Both the position numbers and the translations under genes were made by a program. The notes under the pieces are model-generated. The model did not search any database and was not told the origin of the DNA. It worked only from the letters and a program-made list of their open reading frames with translations. Source: Tubiluchus corallicola (lineage: Eukaryota > Animalia > Priapulida). Taken from it: DNA of 64,000 nucleotides. Below, in pieces: positions 48,501 to 64,000 of the stretch (position 1 is its first letter; each line of letters opens with the position of its first letter). The stretch covers positions 62,001 to 126,000 of the forward strand of contig JAQGDQ010000084.1 of NCBI GenBank assembly GCA_030141605.1, written 5' to 3'.

Positions 48501-49114
48501 AATGATCCCTGAGAAGACGCCAGATCCAGTGGAAGTTTTATGCTCCAAGTGCACCGCACCAAGGAGGTGTTGGGAAAAATTTTAAGGTCAATTAAAAAAG
48601 TGATGTTGTCTGTCACCAGAGAACAAGTACTGGATGACGAAGAATTGCTTACGCTGATGACAAGTATCGAGCAAATTCTCAATTCTCGTCCTCTTACTGT
48701 CATTTTTGATGACCCGAAAGACATGGAGCCCTGACCCCAAACCACATCTTGCAAATGAAAGCGAGTCTAAATATTCCGCGAGGTAAATTTGAAGAATCGG
48801 ACATCTATCATAAGAAGTGGAGGCAAGTTCAATATTTAACAGATATCTTCTGGTGCTGCTGGACAAAAGAGTATCTGCCTGCGCTTCAGGGCTTTCAAAA
48901 ATGGGAAAATGCCTCTCTAAATTTAAGTCCAGGTGACGTTGTCCTAATCCTTGACTACACACATCCACGTAGTGAGTGGCCCCTTAGGAGAATCACGCAT
49001 GTATTTTTTGTTAAAGATGACCGAGTTCGGATGGTGCAAGTCAAAATACCCACTTCAACTCTCAAACAACTCATTCAAAAGCTTTTCTTACTAGAAAGGG
49101 TTAATGGAAATTAA
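45590..49114 (+). mobile_element. Decayed Bel/Pao LTR retrotransposon pol (protease-RT-partial RNaseH-integrase) with many stops and frameshifts; no 5' LTR recognisable
   Basis: Motifs in Bel/Pao order: ALLDPGSTRTF (protease), PYAIRTPLGW, HHGVLNPNKP, RHLFGGCWSP and DFYVDD (RT), SVYDPF, ENPADHAS, HENAGH..CTVC (integrase Zn finger), YGCLFTC..TRAVHIE, CDNGTNFVG, LNSRPLT, WRQVQYLTDIFW..WTKEYL. Confidence 0.93.
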
Positions 49115-49144
49115 ACGTTAAGATCATTTAATAGGGGGGTGCGA

Positions 49145-49700
49145 TGTTGGGGATAAACTGATACTGTCATGTGCTGCCACCTTTTAGGCCTTAGGCCTTG
49201 AATGAATTTCTGGTTTTAAATTTGTTAGCCTGTACTTATATACTCAGGTGAATCAATCTGGTTTTATGCAGATGTCAGTAGGATAGCAGACTGTTACACT
49301 GTCTAGGTTTTTGCTATCTGTTTTGTACATAATTTAGCCAAATTTGGTGATTTGATAAATTCTTGTGACCTTTTCTGATGCCAAAAGTTTAAATACCAGG
49401 GTTGGCCAATATATGTAAGTTTAATATGATTATTATTAAAATTTTTTTGATTACTTAAAAGAGAAGTTTAATTTCTATTTCATGTAGCATTTTTCTACTT
49501 TACAATTGTTGTAATTTGTAAAGACTCTGTAATTCATACCTAAATGATTTAATATTTTGATTCAGTTCCTATTTTATAATAATCTTGTATAATCACCAGA
49601 ATTTGCAAAATGCTTTTATTTTATTTTATCAGAATAAATAACTGTTAGCAAGCCAATGCGGAATTTGATGATTTGTTTGGGACATTCCGTCAGCTACACA
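49145..49700 (+). mobile_element. 3' LTR of the Bel/Pao element (right boundary approximate)
   Basis: Polypurine tract ATAGGGGGG at ~49130-49139 is followed by a TGTTGG start at 49145. AATAAA lies at 49633 and a plausible ...TACACA end at 49700. There is no second LTR to confirm the end. Confidence 0.65.
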
Positions 49701-49737
49701 TACCTTTTAGAATTTTCCAGAAAGAGCATGCCAAAAG

Positions 49738-59397
<9,660 letters not shown>

Positions 59398-59710
59398 GTT
59401 CTCTTGGTTTTTGCACTAAAAAAATTGAATCGAAGTAATATATTTTACGTGCTCTACATAATTATGTCACAGAACATAGCGATACTAATGGCTATGTTAA
59501 AGTCGCCATTGATTATTATCCGAAAACAAGAACAACAAAGAATATGCACTCAAACTCAGGCGCTAAATCAGTAATCACATTGCAGTGCCATCTATTGTGA
59601 TTTATGTAAATTATGATTAATGAACAAAATCATATCATTACATTTTCCCTTCTCGGGATAAAACAAGCAACTTTCTGAGTTACTACGTTAAAGGAACGAA
59701 CACCTTTGCA

Positions 59711-60611
59711 GGGCGCCGAGTAACCCACTAGCCGAAGTAGAACACTTCCAGTAAAAAGCATGTGCTAAATTTGCGGAAAAGCAGTGTCGTACACGGGCAG
59801 CCCAAGTAGGGCACTGGCGATTCTTCATGAGAATCGAGAATTATGATAACATCATAAAACATAAAACTAAATTTGTTTTAGGGAAAAAGTAACTTTATAG
59901 TCCTTGATAATTTACAAAATTAATGTATTTTTTACAATAGTATCATCAGTATTATTAGCTCCATTAAAATCATTATAACACTATACTAAGTATCTAATGC
60001 TTTAAAGAGAGAAACTCACACATAGTTATTACAGAAATAACTGCAAGTTTAAAAATGAGACAGATGCTGCTAAGCCTTCACAACACAAAAAAGTAATTCC
60101 TAACATTTAGGAAAAGCAAAGACAATTAGTTTTAAAAATATCAATAGTATTGTAACATGTAGGGCACATAGATCGCTAAAACATTTGTTTAGGAAAAAAC
60201 AATTATTTGTCCAAGAGGTAAAGAAATGGATGCAAGACAAAATAAAAAGTGATAAAATGATATACCTTAAACAATGTTGAATTTCATTTTATTTCACTTC
60301 AACAACATTAATATCGAAACCAAATTTAATATTGTCCATTCTACCAGCTCAGAATAAAATTCTTTTATTTTATCAGATGTATAGTAAATTATTCAACGTG
60401 TACTGGCGTTTTTAATTATTATTATTACATAAACAAGGACGATGGATGGTGCCAGTACACTTAACGACTCAATTCGCGACCTGCCTCTAGTGTCCTACTT
60501 GGGCAGCCCATGTACAACACGTCTTACTTGGGCTAGCTCATGTACGGCGCTACTTGGGCTAGCCCATGTATGCCAATTGTCCTACTTCAGCTAGTGCGTT
60601 ACTCGGCGCCC
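59711..60611 (+). mobile_element. Non-autonomous DNA transposon family F
   Basis: TIR GGGCGCCGAGTAAC.CACTAGC.GAAGTAG / CTACTTC.GCTAGTG.GTTACTCGGCGCCC; repeated subterminal CTACTTGGGC motifs. Confidence 0.82.
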
Positions 60612-60961
60612 AACAACCTTGATCTGGAACCAAAATTGAAAATAGAACACAAGTGCTGACTTTCATGAATAAAAATTACCTATATCATTACAATGTCTAT
60701 TCCGCCTTCAATCATATCTAACATTACTTTTTCCAAACAACTAAATGAAATTACCCATTATCTTATGGAACTTGGATGTCAAACACAATTTTTCAGGTTA
60801 TCTAAGTGTATCTAAAGTAATCAGTTAACACAAACTGAACAAATCATGTCACAAGTGATTTTGCTTTACAAAGCTAATTATGATTCTCTATAAAATGGAC
60901 TATTCAGCAATGCAGTTTAAGTACAAACAAATTTCACACATGTATAATTCAAATTATGCAG

Positions 60962-61437
60962 TTTCAATAAGTCTATTAGGTGGTTTGCTGGTTATGCAAC
61001 CTTATGGCAGTCTAGGCAGGTTAATAACAGTAGTCTGGCCAGCAGACACTTGTGGTTTCACAGTTGGTGTATGAGTATTATGGCGATGGCGGCATGTCTT
61101 TAATATTAAGATGTTTGCGGTTTCTTCTGTGCAGGGCTCCATTTTCTGTAGTCACCAGGTGAGATCTGGGGGCTACTTGCTTTACAACTTCTCGTTGCTC
61201 TGACCAATTCTTTTGATGTGAAGTTCGTACCCTAACAGAGTCTCCAGGTACAAGTTCTGGTAAGGGGCTATGGTAAGAATGATGATTGAAGTAATACTGT
61301 TGTTTCAGTTTAAAAGCTTGCTTCTACTGAAACACAGTGTAGTCAGAGGTGCTATCTTTAAGAAGTTTGTTGACCGTCTGGTAAGTTTGCATGTAATGAT
61401 GTATAGAGCGATTCATTATTAGCAATTGACAAGGGGC
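60962..61437 (-). mobile_element. Gypsy/Ty3 (K02A2.6-like) integrase C-terminal relic
   Basis: The minus strand reads APCQLLIMNRSI...*KQAFKLKQQYYFNHH...PLPELVPGDSVRVRT...W...VVKQVAPRSHLVTTENGALHRRNRKHL and ends KPPNRLIE, a typical tail for this clade. It contains stops and is absent from the ORF track. Confidence 0.75.
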
Positions 61438-62209
61438 GCATACCATAGGATAAACGAAATTGAATTAAATTGTTAGACTGATGATAGAAATTAACAGCTA
61501 ATAAAATATGAAACAAAACTTGGAAAACAGAAAATGTTGGAAACTTAAATATACCCTGTATGAAATTTCTTTTACTTAGCACCCTGTCATACTCTGAATT
61601 TTAATTTCTTGGACAACTTAGTAATTTCGTATAAGGAATTATAGATTCAGCTACGTCAATTCTGCTTTATTTTTCGTTCTCATTCGTCAACGATTTCACG
61701 TACGATTGACAACATTCTCCTCCTTTTCAATTTTTAGAGGGTCTACCTTTTTTGAACTTTTTGCCACAGTTTTGGTGCTCAGTCAGTAGCAGTATGGGAA
61801 ATCGTAACCCAACTGTGGATTGTGACTTCTGTAATTTTTGACTACTATTTAATGACCATAGTCGATATAAAATAGTTTTTGATTTTCATGAGTAATAAAT
61901 TAACCTCTGAACTATGATAGTTTACTTATTTTTATTGTATTTTTTGCTATAACTGATTGTTATTATTTTTGTATCACAGCAATCCAAAAACTTGACTTGG
62001 ATTAAAATTTTCATCTTGTAGTCGTGAAGAGCGTCCGCAATCACTTCTGTTACTTTATTGCTGTTACTGAAATTAGTGTTTAGTGCACGTGTTATATCTT
62101 TCTGAGATTATTTTAAAATTTTTACTATTTGTGTAATTAATAAACATTTAACTATTTTATGTACTACTAAGTTTATACTCATGTGGTACAAAAACAGCCA
62201 ATCACAAGG

Positions 62210-63950
62210 ATGACTGGAAAAAAGAAACAAGATGAACTTGCAGCACAACTTCCTATATGGAAAAAAGCATTGAAGTCAGAAGCTGCTTGGAACTCTGACG
62301 ATAAAGTGAGTTAGGCGGCCCAGCACTCTAGGTCCCTATCGATTTTCGCTAAGCGAATCGACTTTCGATTCGTGTATTCGATAGGCGAAAGTCTATAGTA
62401 TAGGGACCTGGATTGTGATAGAGTAGATATTGATTCTTTTGTAGGGCGGGGAGTACGCCACTAGCCAAAGTAGGACACTTCCGCTAAAGCGCATGCGCTA
62501 AATTTGCAGAAAACGGTGTCTTGCATGGGCAGCCTGCATAGGCCTGTGGCAATTATGTTGAGAATCAAGAATTGTCAAATTTTTAAAGTTTGTGTACCCT
62601 TGGGAGCAAACAATTATTCGTCGAAGAGGTATGAAGGGTACTGATGATTCGGATCATCAGTCAATGAAGCGAGACAAAATATAACATGATCTACCTTAGC
62701 CAGATGTTGGAATCGCCTTAAAAGCGGGCTTATTTCACTTCAAAAAAGATTAATATCGAAGCAAAATTTAGTATTGGCCATTCTACTAGCCCTGAATAAG
62801 ATTCTTTTAATTTGTCAGATGTATAATAAATTATTCAACGTGTATTTCAATTATTATTATTAAATAAACAAGGAAAATAGACGTGCCAGTAAGCTTAACG
62901 ATCCCATTCGTGACCTGTCTCTAGTGTCCTACTTGGGCAGCCCAGGTACGAAGCCTCCTACTTGGGCTAGCCCATGTATGCCATTTGCGCTACCTGGGCT
63001 AGTGTCTTACTCTGCTCCCAGCAGTTTATTTCGTTTAACCATACATCTTTAATTACATTAATTACAAGAGAACATGAAAGGACTAATGATAGCAAAGCCA
63101 TTGACGACCATGGAGTACCAGCGACTCCTGCCTGTTGCTTTAAGAACACTTGTAATTAAAGTTGTGTTGATGATCTAAACAGAGAAAAAATTTTTTATTG
63201 TTAAATATGGTTTACCTAATTGCAAGGACAATATAATTTAAACATTTATAATAAACGCCACTGGGTTAATGACGCAGTGCTCATGTCTGATTGCCTGTGA
63301 AAAAGAGTATTCTGCTTCTAGGCTCGATATGTGAGTTCTAAATAAGTTGATTGACCAATAGCCAATTTGTTTATTAAGACATTTATTATGGATTTTATTT
63401 GTTTGTTTTCCGAACTGTGAATTCCTACTCGTCCCAACAGGGAGCAGTCTAGGAAATTTACTAATTCTTAAATTGGACGAGCGAAAATTTACAACAATGA
63501 TTGTACATTGTCTTAATTATTTTGTTCCTTGACTTGTTATTTAGCCAGCAAAACACGGACTGACTTCTCATAATTGTTCCTTAGTCAACTTCAAGTAGCT
63601 TTTACAAATCTTTACGACATGACTACGTAAGCTAACGTAAGTGACTACTTACTTGCTTACTTACTTACCTAGCAATAACAATTTATCATCTTGCTCAGTT
63701 AAAGTAAAATAAAATTTGTGCATTATAAACTTGTTTGACAAGCACTATATGAATGCAAGCTCTTCCTGTAGTTCAGTTACAGGCAAATTTCTTTAGTCAA
63801 AAAGCTAGAGTGGAACGCGTGTCATCATTTTATTTTTACATTGCAGGATGAGTTCCTGGATGTGGTTTACTGGTTACGACAGCTAGTTGGGATTATACTC
63901 GGAATAATTTGGGGAATATTGCCAATGAAAGGATTTGTAGGGATTTTAAT
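62210..63950 (+). CDS. RAB5IF: RAB5-interacting factor / C20orf24 (OPTI, EMC6-like), first two coding exons; continues beyond the window. join(62210..62305,63847..63950)
   Basis: Translation MTGKKKQDELAAQLPIWKKALKSEAAWNSDDK|DEFLDVVYWLRQLVGIILGIIWGILPMKGFVGIL matches the family motif AAWEDKDEFLDVIYWFRQ...IWG.LP..GF. Donors are GTGAGT and GTAAGT. Confidence 0.9.
62444..63019 (+). mobile_element. Family F, shorter copy in RAB5IF intron 1
   Basis: Homologous to both ends of 59711-60611, with an internal deletion. Confidence 0.8.
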
Positions 63951-64000
63951 GTAAGTCAAGTTTGAATTGAGCATCATAAATATGTAGTTTATGAAAAAAC

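Noticed and set aside
45590-49114. Active or domesticated Bel/Pao gene
   Set aside because: Many stops and frameshifts, most of RNase H deleted, and no gag ORF or 5' LTR.

Overview
AT-rich, intron-rich animal genomic DNA, probably an invertebrate; nothing prokaryotic is visible. I assembled six spliced protein-coding genes by hand, all with GT-AG junctions and matching phases. They are the 3' half of SNX4 (+), complete PSMA2 (-), ATP6V1F (+), MSMO1/SC4MOL (-) and a METTL25-family methyltransferase (-), and the 5' part of RAB5IF/C20orf24 (+). Family calls rest on my recollection of the proteins, not on a database search. Introns and intergenic DNA hold many non-autonomous DNA transposons (hAT-, Tc1/pogo-, Kolobok- and possibly Sola1-like), LINE relics, a decayed Bel/Pao retrotransposon, a Gypsy integrase relic and young tandem arrays. 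I found no clear new multi-gene system. The best leads are regulatory: a five-copy array of the MSMO1 exon-4 splice acceptor in which only the last copy is productive; a METTL25-like 3' end running into an antisense LTR; an SRE-like MSMO1 promoter with a CpG-eroded duplicate; a ~550-bp intronic fold-back; and splice acceptors just upstream of most start codons.
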